From: Candidatus Woesearchaeota archaeon | GTDB taxonomy: Archaea > Nanobdellota > Nanobdellia > Woesearchaeales > DSVV01 | Direction: 5' to 3' | Assembly (NCBI GenBank): GCA_043813525.1 | Contig: JBDRKY010000046.1 | Location: forward strand, 13,053-77,052 | Length of the DNA stretch: 64,000 nucleotides | In this document: one piece after another, positions 9,950 to 20,807 of the stretch | Position numbering within the stretch: the first letter of the stretch is position 1 | Layout of the letters: each line of letters begins with the position of its first letter | Made by a program: the position numbers and the translations under genes | Notes under the pieces: model-generated | What the model was told of the DNA's origin: nothing | What the model saw: only the letters and a program-made list of their open reading frames with translations | Database searches by the model: none

Positions 9950-10321
9950 ATGGAATTAGAAATACAAAAACAAAGAGAAACACCGCTTCTTGCAAGAAGA
10001 AGAATTACTGCAATGGTTAATTTTCAGAAAGCAACACCATCAAGAGCAAACATAAGAGATGGGATTGCAAAGAAACTGAATGTTAATGATGAATTAGTCA
10101 TTGTAAGGCATATTTATACAAAATATGGTAAGAATGAAGCAAAGGTAATTGCTCATGTTTATAAAGATAATAAGTTTATAGAGAAGCTTGAAGGTAAAGC
10201 TCTTTTAGAAAAGCATGGAAAAAAAGCTAAAGAAGGTAAAGAAGAGGCTGATACACTTAAAGAAGCACCTGCTGAAACTAAGAAAGAAGAAAATAAGCCA
10301 ACAGAAGAAAATAAAAAATAA
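9950..10321 (+). CDS. rps24e: 30S ribosomal protein S24e
   Basis: ETPLLARRRI...ATPSRANIRDGIAKKLNVNDELVIVRHIYTKYG matches eS24. It has a Lys/Glu-rich C-terminal extension. Confidence 0.85.
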   Translation: MELEIQKQRETPLLARRRITAMVNFQKATPSRANIRDGIAKKLNVNDELVIVRHIYTKYGKNEAKVIAHVYKDNKFIEKLEGKALLEKHGKKAKEGKEEADTLKEAPAETKKEENKPTEENKK

Positions 10322-10336
10322 AGAAGGTAACTTAAA

Positions 10337-10522
10337 ATGGGGAAGAAAAAAAGAAATCCAAAAAAAACATCAAAAGTATCTAATAATTACAAAGTTTCTG
10401 GTGATAAACTGGAAAGAAAAAACAAATTCTGCCCTAAATGCGGCAAAGGTGTATTCATGGCTGAACACAAGAACAGGAACACATGCGGCAAATGCGGATA
10501 TATGGAAAAGAAAAGTAAGTAA
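10337..10522 (+). CDS. rps27ae: 30S ribosomal protein S27ae (zinc ribbon)
   Basis: 61 aa with CPKCG...CGKCG zinc ribbon, and conserved synteny after S24e. Confidence 0.85.
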   Translation: MGKKKRNPKKTSKVSNNYKVSGDKLERKNKFCPKCGKGVFMAEHKNRNTCGKCGYMEKKSK

Positions 10523-10524
10523 AA

Positions 10525-11415
10525 CTAATCTTCATCCTGGCTCTGGAATGCCAGCAGATCTTCTGTTGTCAGCTTTTTTCCGCTCTTTAGTTTTTCATTA
10601 ACCTCTTTTCTTTTCTCTTCAAGGGTCTTGTTCTGCTTCTCTTTTCTGATCTCCTTGACCTCTTCCCTGTTCATATCAAGCTTTCCATATAATATATTCA
10701 TCTCCCTTAATTCATCTTTCAGCTGATCATTTATCTCATTGAACTGTTTTTTATAGAGAATAAACTTATCCATGGCATCTTTCTCTTTCTTCTTAAGATC
10801 TTTTATTATCTTAGATGATTCGATAAGAATCTCATGCCTTTCCTGGCTTTGGTTTGCTTGTACTTGTATTTTTCTATGAAATGTGTTTGCCTCTTTTCTT
10901 AATTCATCCACTTCTTTTGAAAGCGGATGTATCTTTTTCCAGACTGAACTGACCTTCTCAACATCTTTATATCTTTTCCTCAGCTCATTTATCTCTTTCA
11001 TAAGAACTTTTTCCTTATCAAAACTCATAACACTTGTCTCAAGCTTATATTCAAGCTGATCTATTTGTTTTTTTATAGATATAGGGTCACCTTTGATGTT
11101 ATGTTTCTTGACGATAGCATCTTTTTCAAGCTCAAGTTTCTTCAGCTCATCAACTTTCTCTTTAATTTTCTTATTCAAATCATTTCTGTTTCCTTTGTTC
11201 TTCTTGACAGTATCTGTAAGCCCGTCTCTTTTGCCTTTAGCATCTTTCAGTTGAGCTATAGCAGCCTTAATGTCCTGAGAAGTCTTATTCTTCTTTTCAA
11301 AGGCATCTTCTTTCTGCTGATTAACATCATTAAGTTTAGAACGAAGCTCTTTAATAAGCTCTTTTTTCTCTTTGACCTTGCTCAATAATACTTTTTTTTC
11401 ATCTTGGCTTAACAT
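10525..11415 (-). CDS. hypothetical coiled-coil protein (Lys/Glu-rich)
   Basis: 296 aa, low-complexity K/E-rich heptad-like sequence. No catalytic motifs. Confidence 0.45.
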   Translation of the reverse strand: MLSQDEKKVLLSKVKEKKELIKELRSKLNDVNQQKEDAFEKKNKTSQDIKAAIAQLKDAKGKRDGLTDTVKKNKGNRNDLNKKIKEKVDELKKLELEKDAIVKKHNIKGDPISIKKQIDQLEYKLETSVMSFDKEKVLMKEINELRKRYKDVEKVSSVWKKIHPLSKEVDELRKEANTFHRKIQVQANQSQERHEILIESSKIIKDLKKKEKDAMDKFILYKKQFNEINDQLKDELREMNILYGKLDMNREEVKEIRKEKQNKTLEEKRKEVNEKLKSGKKLTTEDLLAFQSQDED

Positions 11416-11497
11416 AAGTTCTCACGTTGTTGTGTTAGAAATGTTAATGTTATTCGTATGAAAACGCTTAACATCTAACATCTAACTTAAAAATAAT

Positions 11498-11794
11498 TTA
11501 TCCAAACAAACTGCCTAATCCTGCAGCTGCCTGACTATCATCTTTTTTCTCTTCTTTTTTCTTCTCTTCTTTTGGCGCTTCTGCACTTGCTGCTACTGGC
11601 GCTGCTGCGACTGGCGCTACTGCTGCCTTCTTGACTGCTTCATCAATATTGACTCCATCCAAAGAAGCAACCAAAGCTTTAACACGAGCATCATCAACCT
11701 TAGAACCTGCAGCCTCCAAAACTTTTTTAACTGATTGTTCATCTACTTTTTGTCCTAATTTGTGCAATAACATTGCAGCGTATATGTATTCCAT
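11498..11794 (-). CDS. rpl12: 50S ribosomal stalk protein P1 (L12e)
   Basis: [19 protein letters not shown]... with an Ala-rich hinge and an acidic C-terminus ([18 protein letters not shown]). Confidence 0.85.
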   Translation of the reverse strand: MEYIYAAMLLHKLGQKVDEQSVKKVLEAAGSKVDDARVKALVASLDGVNIDEAVKKAAVAPVAAAPVAASAEAPKEEKKKEEKKDDSQAAAGLGSLFG

Positions 11795-11833
11795 TTTATT
11801 ACCTCCTGTAAATTTAATTCAATTTTTATTGTT

Positions 11834-12706
11834 TTACTTCTGTACCTCTGCTTTTAGGCTTGCTGCCTGAGCTTCTGCTTTTGCAAGCAGCTCTCCAACT
11901 ACAGCGTCTGCCATAAAGTTTGCATCCAAAGCAACTGCTTTTGAATCATTAAATGCTTTTTGTAATAATACTTCAATAGTATCATTGCAAGCATAAGCTA
12001 TCTCTACTGCAAGATTGATTCCTGATGCACCAGCTTCCATCAATCTTCTCATGAACTCATCCTCATCTATCGCAAGGACATCTTTAGTATAGATTGTTCC
12101 ATCTTCATAGACAGCAGTTATTGCAAGGCCAATCTCCATAGGCTCAATTCCTAACCTTGTCAGGATACCTGCAGTCATTGCATTAATCTCCTTGCCTTCC
12201 TTGACAACAATAGAATCTGCCTTAACAACAACCTTGCCATTATCAATACCAGCTTTTATGCCAATCTGACCAAGTTCACCAATGATAGGGCCTGGTGCAA
12301 AACTAGTTGGTCCTGCTTTGACAACAATATCTTTTGGAGCTTTCTGACCTGCTTTTGCTGGAGCGCTTGATTTGCTCTTTTCAAGAATATTATAAAGCTT
12401 GAATGGATTCTCTTTTGTGAACAACAAAGCAGGCATACCTTTAAGATAAGGAACAATACCTTCAATTTCCTTGACATCATTTTTAATCTGATCAAGAGCA
12501 ATCTTCATCAGCCTTCTCTTGGTCATCCTGATGACGCAGCTGTCTCTTAATGAAGCTCTCATCTGCTGAAGCTGTTTTGTTGGCAGATTTTCCATGTTAA
12601 GAGCAGCAACAATCGGATAACTTTTTAATAAATCCTTAAACTCTTTCACAACTTTAATCTTGGTTGGAGAATCTTTCCCAGTGGCTGTTTTTTTATCTTC
12701 TGTCAT
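11834..12706 (-). CDS. rpl10: 50S ribosomal protein uL10 (P0)
   Basis: 290 aa with uL10/P0-like N-terminal and stalk-base regions. It lies between the L1 and P1 genes as in the conserved L1-L10-L12 operon. Confidence 0.85.
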   Translation of the reverse strand: MTEDKKTATGKDSPTKIKVVKEFKDLLKSYPIVAALNMENLPTKQLQQMRASLRDSCVIRMTKRRLMKIALDQIKNDVKEIEGIVPYLKGMPALLFTKENPFKLYNILEKSKSSAPAKAGQKAPKDIVVKAGPTSFAPGPIIGELGQIGIKAGIDNGKVVVKADSIVVKEGKEINAMTAGILTRLGIEPMEIGLAITAVYEDGTIYTKDVLAIDEDEFMRRLMEAGASGINLAVEIAYACNDTIEVLLQKAFNDSKAVALDANFMADAVVGELLAKAEAQAASLKAEVQK

Positions 12707-12707
12707 C

Positions 12708-13367
12708 TTATGCCACCTTCACTGGTTTTCCCATTGTAAATTTAAGGAAGATAGATCTAATATTATTATCATGTGTTGGCAGGTGATGTACAAGCTGGCT
12801 GTAGATAGTAAGTATGTTATCAATCACTTCTTCATCCTTCATAGTTTCGTTACCAACAGCACATTGAACCATCAATGATGTCTTTGCCATGATCCTGATT
12901 GTCTTCTGAAGCTTATCATACAATGGCTTAAGCTGAACCTTAGGAGGCACAACACATCCTGCCTTTGGGTTTGGCATCTTTCCTCTTGGCCCAAGAACCT
13001 TACCAAAAGCACCTGCAACCTTCCCCATTATATTTGCCTGAGCAACAAAATAATCATGTTCCTCAGCTAATTTTTTTGCAGCTTTCTTATCAGAATATTT
13101 TGGGAAATCATCAACTGTCAGCATAGTATCACATACATCCTTAGCTTCATCCTTAAGCTCTGGCCCTACAAGAGCACAGATCTTTACTTTCTTACCTCTT
13201 GTAAAATGCAATGTAGTATAGAAATCTATCTGTTGTTCTATCTTTTTCATATCAAGATTCTGCAAAGTGATGATAAGGTCATAACTCTGAGAGAATTTTC
13301 TTTTCTTATTGTTCTTCTTTAGCTCTTCTATAGCTTTTTTTATCTTATCTTTATCCATTAAAAGCAC
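12708..13367 (-). CDS. rpl1: 50S ribosomal protein uL1
   Basis: KFSQSYDLIITLQNLDMKK...GKVLGPRGKMPNP matches uL1. Operon context with P0 and P1. Confidence 0.85.
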   Translation of the reverse strand: MLLMDKDKIKKAIEELKKNNKKRKFSQSYDLIITLQNLDMKKIEQQIDFYTTLHFTRGKKVKICALVGPELKDEAKDVCDTMLTVDDFPKYSDKKAAKKLAEEHDYFVAQANIMGKVAGAFGKVLGPRGKMPNPKAGCVVPPKVQLKPLYDKLQKTIRIMAKTSLMVQCAVGNETMKDEEVIDNILTIYSQLVHHLPTHDNNIRSIFLKFTMGKPVKVA

Positions 13368-13529
13368 CTCATTGCCCCACTATTGCAGTTATAGCCTAAA
13401 CTTCCTAAATTTGAATATGCAATAGTCATTGGGATTTGAGTAATCTCAATAATAGATATGAATAAAGGGGTTATTTATAAAGTTTGTTATCATAAACTTT
13501 ATATACCACTTAACCAATAATTAGCAGAT

Positions 13530-14171
13530 ATGACTAAAACAAATATAAACAGACAAATTTGGAATATTATTTCAAGAGATATTGCGTTACAGAAATGTTT
13601 GAAGGATGAGATTATCAATAACAGAGCTTTAGCAAAGTTTCTTATCAAGAAGCATAATCTTACTTATTCTTTGGATGCTGTTCTTTCTGCTGTCAGGCGA
13701 TATGTAGGGGAAGAGTTTGAGGAGCATGCTGAAGAGATTGAAGAGGCTTTTAGCAAGATAATCATACTCACAAAGAATAATATAGCGTCAATAAAATTAA
13801 AGAGTGATTCATTTACTAATATTGCTAATGACCACCTCACAAAACAAGCATTGAAATTCAATTTCAGGATGGCAAAGACAAAAGAGATCATCAAGCTAAT
13901 AGTCAACCAAAAAGATATTGAAAAGAAACTGCATACATTTGACCAGCAGTACATTCTTGATGTGACAATGAATCTTTGTGAGATCAGGATAATGTTAGAT
14001 AAAGATGCAACTTATGTAAGAGGATTTATCTCAAGAATATCCAATGAGCTTGCCCTGCATGATGTGAATATACATGACATAATAATTGCAGTACCTGAAA
14101 TCCTGATTTATGTTGACGAGAAAGAGCTGATCAATGCTCAGAAATGCCTGATGGAATTAAAGAACAGTTAA
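13530..14171 (+). CDS. hypothetical protein
   Basis: 213-aa ORF with good coding periodicity. No recognisable motif. Confidence 0.4.
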   Translation: MTKTNINRQIWNIISRDIALQKCLKDEIINNRALAKFLIKKHNLTYSLDAVLSAVRRYVGEEFEEHAEEIEEAFSKIIILTKNNIASIKLKSDSFTNIANDHLTKQALKFNFRMAKTKEIIKLIVNQKDIEKKLHTFDQQYILDVTMNLCEIRIMLDKDATYVRGFISRISNELALHDVNIHDIIIAVPEILIYVDEKELINAQKCLMELKNS

Positions 14172-14202
14172 GCATATATGATTAAATATATTTACTTAGA
14201 TA

Positions 14203-14964
14203 TTAAGTTAATTGATATAAATCATTTGAATCATATCTATCCATATTATCACTGCCACGCATGTTTCTTATAGCAAGCACCTCGTCATAGTGGTTATAGA
14301 TACCCATCATCTTTGCAACCTTTTCAGCAGCAATCTGATCATGCACAAGATGCCTTGAGAGAGCTGCTTTCCCAAACTCAGCAGTAAAGAATGCATCTAC
14401 GCTTTGAAGATGAATATCTATTGGAACCATTCCCCTATCACCAAGAGAATAGAGAACAACCAGATGTTCTGCTTCATATCCTGAAGGTTTCATACCATAA
14501 ACATTTTCAGGATTATAGCCAGCAGGAATATCTAAATCATCTCTGTAAAATTTGGCCTTGTCAGGCAAAGTTTCAAAATGATCTTCAAGCCATGGTCTTA
14601 CATAATTATCAACAACATCCCAATCCTTACTCACAACTGATAAACCATAAAAATCATAGACTGGCTTACCACTTAATACTTTTTCAAGCACCCTATCAGC
14701 AGATTTGATTCTGGTCTTTACTAATCTATGATCATCTCTTACTATATTATCAGGAAAAAAATAAGATACATTACCATTATGAAGAGATCTTACTGGTCTG
14801 TTTAATAAACGAGCAATTACTTCATCTCTGAATTCATCAAGAAATGGCTCTCCTTCATCTATAACAGCCTGAAGCATGAATCTTGAATAATCAGTAAATA
14901 AACCTGCTTCTAAAAAATCATTAACATCTTCTGAATAATTAATAGCTTTTTGCATTTTCTCCAA
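14203..14964 (-). CDS. hypothetical protein (compositionally GC-shifted relative to neighbours)
   Basis: 253-aa ORF that is Asp/Glu-rich with noticeably more G/C-ending codons than flanking genes. No motif recognised. Confidence 0.45.
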   Translation of the reverse strand: MEKMQKAINYSEDVNDFLEAGLFTDYSRFMLQAVIDEGEPFLDEFRDEVIARLLNRPVRSLHNGNVSYFFPDNIVRDDHRLVKTRIKSADRVLEKVLSGKPVYDFYGLSVVSKDWDVVDNYVRPWLEDHFETLPDKAKFYRDDLDIPAGYNPENVYGMKPSGYEAEHLVVLYSLGDRGMVPIDIHLQSVDAFFTAEFGKAALSRHLVHDQIAAEKVAKMMGIYNHYDEVLAIRNMRGSDNMDRYDSNDLYQLT

Positions 14965-15277
14965 AATTTTCAGTTATTTTCAGTTATTTTTTCAATTATC
15001 TACAAGTTCTGCTATATTTTCAACAGACATCAGTATCATAAAATAATATACTAACATACAAATAATATCAATTATACTTTTTTGTTTCTTACCAATATAC
15101 ATTTTAACACACAGTTCATTAGTTAGTAGTCAATTAAGCTATCTAATTATGATTATAAATCATATAATACTATATAAACATATTGACCAAAGATGAGTAA
15201 ATTAATTAATATTGACTAAAATAGAAATAATGTGACTAAAATAAAATATTTAAATTAAGTTGATAAGTTATATCCTC

Positions 15278-15344
15278 AGTTTGACAAGTGTCAAACTTCG
15301 AAGCAATTTATTTATCAAGCCCTTTCAGGGCATATAAATAAATT
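15278..15344. repeat. intergenic nested-palindrome element (copy 1): AGTTTGACAAGTGTCAAACT plus AATTTATTTATCAAGCCCTTTCAGGGCATATAAATAAATT
   Basis: Two adjacent perfect or near-perfect hairpins. The same composite recurs inverted at 47308-47373 and partially at 37437-37456. The shared flanking word CACAAAACGCTAGT lies at 15414-15427 here and at 47294-47307 in copy 3. Confidence 0.6.
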
Positions 15345-15466
15345 GTTAGCATCTTAAAACAAAAAACATAATGCAATGTTTCATTAAATTATGCTTAATT
15401 TTTATGTAATTCGCACAAAACGCTAGTTTCAACACATTCTTTCCAACTCATTTCATTAGCCATTTT

Positions 15467-16003
15467 TTAACCCTCATTAATACGGGTAAAACCATATAAT
15501 ATAACACCATTAAGGATATTGTTTCTTAATTCTTTTGAAAGATTGTTAAGATTTGGTTCAAAAAGAAGATTAATTTTCCTGTTTAATTGTTTTTCATATT
15601 TTGCTATGTTAAGTTTTGATTCTTTCGCTTCAACAAAAATATCAATATCACTTTTTTCTGTAAATGTGGCTTTCGCACCACTACCAAATAAAATTATTGA
15701 GGATGGCAAGGTTGTTTTTTGAATTTGCTCAATCAAGTTAGAATCCATTATCTTTAATATTAAATAATTCTTTTTGTGGAATTTGTATTTTTGATTTTGA
15801 GTATTGGCAAAATATGTCGGATAAAGTGTTTCTTCTTTCTTTTTGATAAATCCTAATCTTTCAAGATCATTAATGTACTTTAGAACAGTTGCATGGCTAA
15901 GCTTCAAATGACGAGCAATACCTCTTACAGAAAAGTCTTTAGTAGGAAATTCTATAAAGAGTTCCAATATTCTATATGTGTTGTTTTTGAATATTTCATC
16001 CAT
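15467..16003 (-). CDS. winged-HTH plus minimal nucleotidyltransferase (MNT-like) domain protein
   Basis: An N-terminal HTH (RGIARHLKLSHATVLKYINDLERLGFI) and C-terminal GSGAKATFTEKSDIDIFV, the NTase-fold GS...DxD motif. Confidence 0.55.
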   Translation of the reverse strand: MDEIFKNNTYRILELFIEFPTKDFSVRGIARHLKLSHATVLKYINDLERLGFIKKKEETLYPTYFANTQNQKYKFHKKNYLILKIMDSNLIEQIQKTTLPSSIILFGSGAKATFTEKSDIDIFVEAKESKLNIAKYEKQLNRKINLLFEPNLNNLSKELRNNILNGVILYGFTRINEG

Positions 16004-16133
16004 TTTACCGCTTGGTTAATTATTTGACCAGTTGGTTATAAAAATGACCACTTCTTTAAAAAGGTTGTGTTTTGTTGTTATTATTGTTAAGTGACAAATT
16101 AAGCGAAAACTTTATAAATGACATACAAAAAAA

Positions 16134-17999
16134 CTAATAATTGACCAGTATCTCTACATCCTTGCCAAAGATATCTTTCAGGTTCTCAAAGATTGGCTCT
16201 TTGATGAATACTTTTGGTGGAATCTCTATCTTTGCAAGATGTTTTTCAAGATCTTCCAGGGTAGCAGGCTCTGTTGTTCCTATGCTGCCGTCTTTGTTGA
16301 TCTTTGCCTTGCTGATCTCTTTGTCTTTATGGTCAATATCATGTATGATAAATGCAACATCATCTAATAATAATACTTCACCATATCTGCTGCCATGCTT
16401 GACTCTGATCTTTGTCCTCTCTAATTCCCTTCCTCTTTTTCTCTGCATGTATTCAACAAGGAATTTGATCAGCTCTCTTGAAGATTTTCTGGTCTGCTCA
16501 ACTTCTGTTTTTCCAAGTTTGCCAGCATCATAATTCTTCTTTGCTTTGATTATTTCGTCAAGCATTCTTAGGTATTTTTGCGGGATAAGGCCTTTATGAA
16601 CCATTTCGTCTTCAAATATTTGGAGCATATCTAAATCTTTTACCTTTTCAACGCCTTCTAACCTTAAGATGTCTCTCACAATTGTAACAACTGATTCATA
16701 TATATGGACAACTGAATCCTTCTCTTTCATCAGCTCAATCTGTGTGAACAGTTTCTTGATTCTTTTTAAGAACTTGTCAGCATCTGATAACAGCTGATCA
16801 ACTTCTTTTCCAGATAATTTTTCCATAGTACCATGTTCAAGATCTTTTCTGATCTGGATATTATGTTCAAGTATTTTCACAAACTCTTCTTCAAGAAGCT
16901 TTTCTTTCTTAACAAATACTTCTCTTAGCAGTTTTGCAGTCTCTCTTGGAGCAGGCGGTGGAACACCATATAACATCAATGCAGCCTGTGACGGCGTCAA
17001 AATAGCATAATATGTGTCTTCCATACCAATTTCTTTGATTTTAAAGTTAACTCTTTTTAGCATCTGCTCACCAGAGTTCATAAACATATCAATCGCTTCA
17101 ATTGACGGCTTTATCTTGCCCATCCTGAGCAACTGTTTCCATGGCATAAATATTCCTCTGTCAAAGAATGGCACACCATCTCTCAATAATGTGAAGATGA
17201 TCGGGTTTGCTTCTTTTAATGAATCCCAGAAATCTGTCAATATGTAAACCTGTATGTTTATCTTGTTCTTGATGCCTGTGATTTCGCCAGCTTCAATACC
17301 CATGCCTATGATTATGGCCCTAAGCTTATCTTTAAGCTCTGCTCTTGTCATTCTTTTAACATCTGTATCATCAATGACAATGAAAACATCAATATCACTT
17401 GTAGGTGTTGCCTGTCCTCTGACTAAGCTTCCACTTAATACATAAGTCACAATATATTTCTCAAACTTTTTCAGTACCATATTTTTATGTACTTCAGAAA
17501 TCTTGACTGCACTTAACATACCAGTATCATAGATTGGAGCTGATAATGCGATCATCTGTAAAAGATCTCTTTTTCCGTCATAACAACTCTGCCATAATTC
17601 TGAGAATATGACTGTCTGAGGATAAAGGTTTTTGTCAATCTCCTGCGCCATATTGTCAATGATCGTATGTAATTTTTGCTTTAATTCCTGTTTTGACATC
17701 TTTTTAGAATCATTATCATCTACAAGAACTAAAACATTGATCTTTTCTGTATCTGGCTTTTCTCCTTCTTTTGGCTTTTCAGGAGGCAGTAATGCGATAC
17801 CTGCGATATATTTGTCAAACTTCTCAACAACTTTACTCTTGAATTTCTCTAATTTTCCTTTGATAACATCTAACTTTTCCTGTGCTTCTTTGCTCAAAGG
17901 AGGCATTCCCAGAGGCATTTGCTGCGCTGGAGCTCCTTTTGGAACAGGTGTAACACTTTTAGGTTGTGCCTTAATTGGTTTACTTGTTTTTTTTGCCAT
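16134..17999 (-). CDS. large protein with two nucleotidyltransferase-fold domains
   Basis: 621 aa with a K/P-rich N-terminus. Contains GSLVRGQATPTSDIDVFIVIDD and a second NTase-like region (INVLVLVDDND). Confidence 0.5.
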   Translation of the reverse strand: MAKKTSKPIKAQPKSVTPVPKGAPAQQMPLGMPPLSKEAQEKLDVIKGKLEKFKSKVVEKFDKYIAGIALLPPEKPKEGEKPDTEKINVLVLVDDNDSKKMSKQELKQKLHTIIDNMAQEIDKNLYPQTVIFSELWQSCYDGKRDLLQMIALSAPIYDTGMLSAVKISEVHKNMVLKKFEKYIVTYVLSGSLVRGQATPTSDIDVFIVIDDTDVKRMTRAELKDKLRAIIIGMGIEAGEITGIKNKINIQVYILTDFWDSLKEANPIIFTLLRDGVPFFDRGIFMPWKQLLRMGKIKPSIEAIDMFMNSGEQMLKRVNFKIKEIGMEDTYYAILTPSQAALMLYGVPPPAPRETAKLLREVFVKKEKLLEEEFVKILEHNIQIRKDLEHGTMEKLSGKEVDQLLSDADKFLKRIKKLFTQIELMKEKDSVVHIYESVVTIVRDILRLEGVEKVKDLDMLQIFEDEMVHKGLIPQKYLRMLDEIIKAKKNYDAGKLGKTEVEQTRKSSRELIKFLVEYMQRKRGRELERTKIRVKHGSRYGEVLLLDDVAFIIHDIDHKDKEISKAKINKDGSIGTTEPATLEDLEKHLAKIEIPPKVFIKEPIFENLKDIFGKDVEILVNY

Positions 18000-18238
18000 T
18001 ATATCACCTTTGTTAATATTTTATGTTCTTTGAAGAATGTTATTCATTATCATCTGTCTTGCGACATCTATATACTCAATCATATAGGTCAATTATATAA
18101 TATATAAATAATTGTTTGTTTTAGGATATATATATGGGGCAAAAATGTCATAATTTAGTGTTTTTTGGTGTGTTTAACTACTATTAAATAATAAATCATA
18201 TTTTTAAAGAATAATCTTTTTTTAGAACAAAAAGAAAG

Positions 18239-18613
18239 ATGAAATTAAAGCCAGAAGACAGATTAAATAGGAACATAACTCCTGAGAAGCTTGCTAAATA
18301 TTTTGATGTCACAGGCAGAGCCTTGAAGAAAGTAAAGATTGTCTCCAAAGTATTTATGAGAGCAGATTGTAACCTGTCAAGAGATATTAAAGAAGAATTT
18401 GATTTCAAGAAACATGCTGAAGATTTCTTAGATATGGCACAGCGTTATTATTCAGATGCAAAACATTTTGAAGAGAATGGAGATATTGTAAATGCGTTTG
18501 CATGCCTTAATTATGCTCATGGATGGTTAGATGCTGGTGCAAGATTGGGTCTGTTTGATGTTGATGGGGATAATGTTCTTTTTACTGTTGATGTAAAGGA
18601 AGATAAATTATAA
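18239..18613 (+). CDS. small conserved archaeal protein (DUF357-like)
   Basis: 124 aa. The assignment is by resemblance only. Confidence 0.4.
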   Translation: MKLKPEDRLNRNITPEKLAKYFDVTGRALKKVKIVSKVFMRADCNLSRDIKEEFDFKKHAEDFLDMAQRYYSDAKHFEENGDIVNAFACLNYAHGWLDAGARLGLFDVDGDNVLFTVDVKEDKL

Positions 18614-19018
18614 TATTTCTTTTATTTCACTACTCTTGTAAACCTTAATCACATCCTGTTGTTTTAGTCTTTTATCATCTGACCATAATATACTATCAGG
18701 ATATGCTAAAACACAAGCAACAAATAATACATCTTTTTTATCAATATCCTTAATTATCTTTAATGCTTTCTCACGATATGGTATAAGAACCTGTGTGGGT
18801 ATAATCATTACTTTTTTTAGAATTATACTTAATAGTTTGTTAAATTCAATAATATTTAATCCTGACTTTTTGAATAATTCATCTTTATATTTTTCCATCT
18901 CTTCAAATATGTAAGAAGGAAATAAGAATGTGCCTTCATATTCTAAAATTATTCTTCTTGTGTATGAATCTTTAATTAAAGCTGAGAAAAGAATATTTGA
19001 ATCAATTACTATATTCAT
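18608..19018 (-). CDS. PIN-domain toxin (VapC-like)
   Basis: 136 aa with an N-terminal IVIDSNILFSAL acidic motif. It overlaps the upstream small antitoxin-like ORF by 4 bp. Confidence 0.55.
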   Translation of the reverse strand: MNIVIDSNILFSALIKDSYTRRIILEYEGTFLFPSYIFEEMEKYKDELFKKSGLNIIEFNKLLSIILKKVMIIPTQVLIPYREKALKIIKDIDKKDVLFVACVLAYPDSILWSDDKRLKQQDVIKVYKSSEIKEIL

Positions 19019-19248
19019 GCAAGAAACCTCTTAGAAGCAGCAGATTTTATTTTATTACTGAATTCATCCACATCTTTTTGTGTCAATTTACTTTTTTTCG
19101 CTAGTTTCTCTGCTAAATTAAGTGTTTCTAACTTGTTTATTATAGCTTTTCTTGCTACTTCACTCCATCTTACTTCTGAAAAGTGTTTCATCTCTTGATG
19201 TATATTCTCTGGTATTGAAAGTGTTATATTTCCCATATTTATCACCAC
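19015..19248 (-). CDS. VapB-like antitoxin (small DNA-binding protein)
   Basis: 77-aa ORF translationally coupled (ATGA overlap) to the PIN gene. Confidence 0.5.
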   Translation of the reverse strand: MVINMGNITLSIPENIHQEMKHFSEVRWSEVARKAIINKLETLNLAEKLAKKSKLTQKDVDEFSNKIKSAASKRFLA

Positions 19249-19291
19249 ACATATATATGTGATAACACATATTTAAATGTTTTGATTTTTG

Positions 19292-19483
19292 GTATGTAAT
19301 AAGTCTCCTTTCTTGGATATTATTGCCGCCTTATGTTTGTTTTCATCATAATACAGTTCGAAGATATTTATGCTGCGAAAACCTTCTGTTTAACCAGTCT
19401 CGCTTTCAGAATGATAATCATCCAGTTTTCGCTGATGAAAACCAGCTACAATAATATTCTTTTTTAGGAGACTTATTACATAC
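19292..19483. mobile_element. MITE copy 1 (192 bp) with terminal inverted repeats GTATGTAATAAGTCTCCT...AGGAGACTTATTACATAC
   Basis: It is an almost exact reverse complement of 47102-47293. It is flanked by the direct repeat GATTTTT(G), at 19284-19291 and 19484-19491, consistent with a target-site duplication. Confidence 0.75.
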
Positions 19484-19576
19484 GATTTTTGTTAAAAAAA
19501 CGTAAATGTTTGGAGTTTAATATAAATCATTTCAAAAATAGAATTGCTTACAAGTAAAATATTATGAAACAATTAA

Positions 19577-20776
<1,200 letters not shown>

Positions 20777-20807
20777 ATCATTAAGAAATCCTATTTAATT
20801 TATATAG

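Noticed and set aside
10215-10601. 128-aa ORF overlapping the S24e 3' end and the S27ae gene
   Set aside because: It lies in an alternative frame of two highly conserved ribosomal protein genes. Its Lys-rich composition comes from their AAG/AAA-rich sequence.
16141-18107. Several plus-strand ORFs (16141-16533, 17014-17247, 17254-17445, 17632-18033, 17919-18107) inside the 16134-17999 gene
   Set aside because: They are antisense to a long ORF with clear NTase motifs. They are Ser/Leu/Phe-rich, as expected from reverse-complemented K/E-rich coding sequence.
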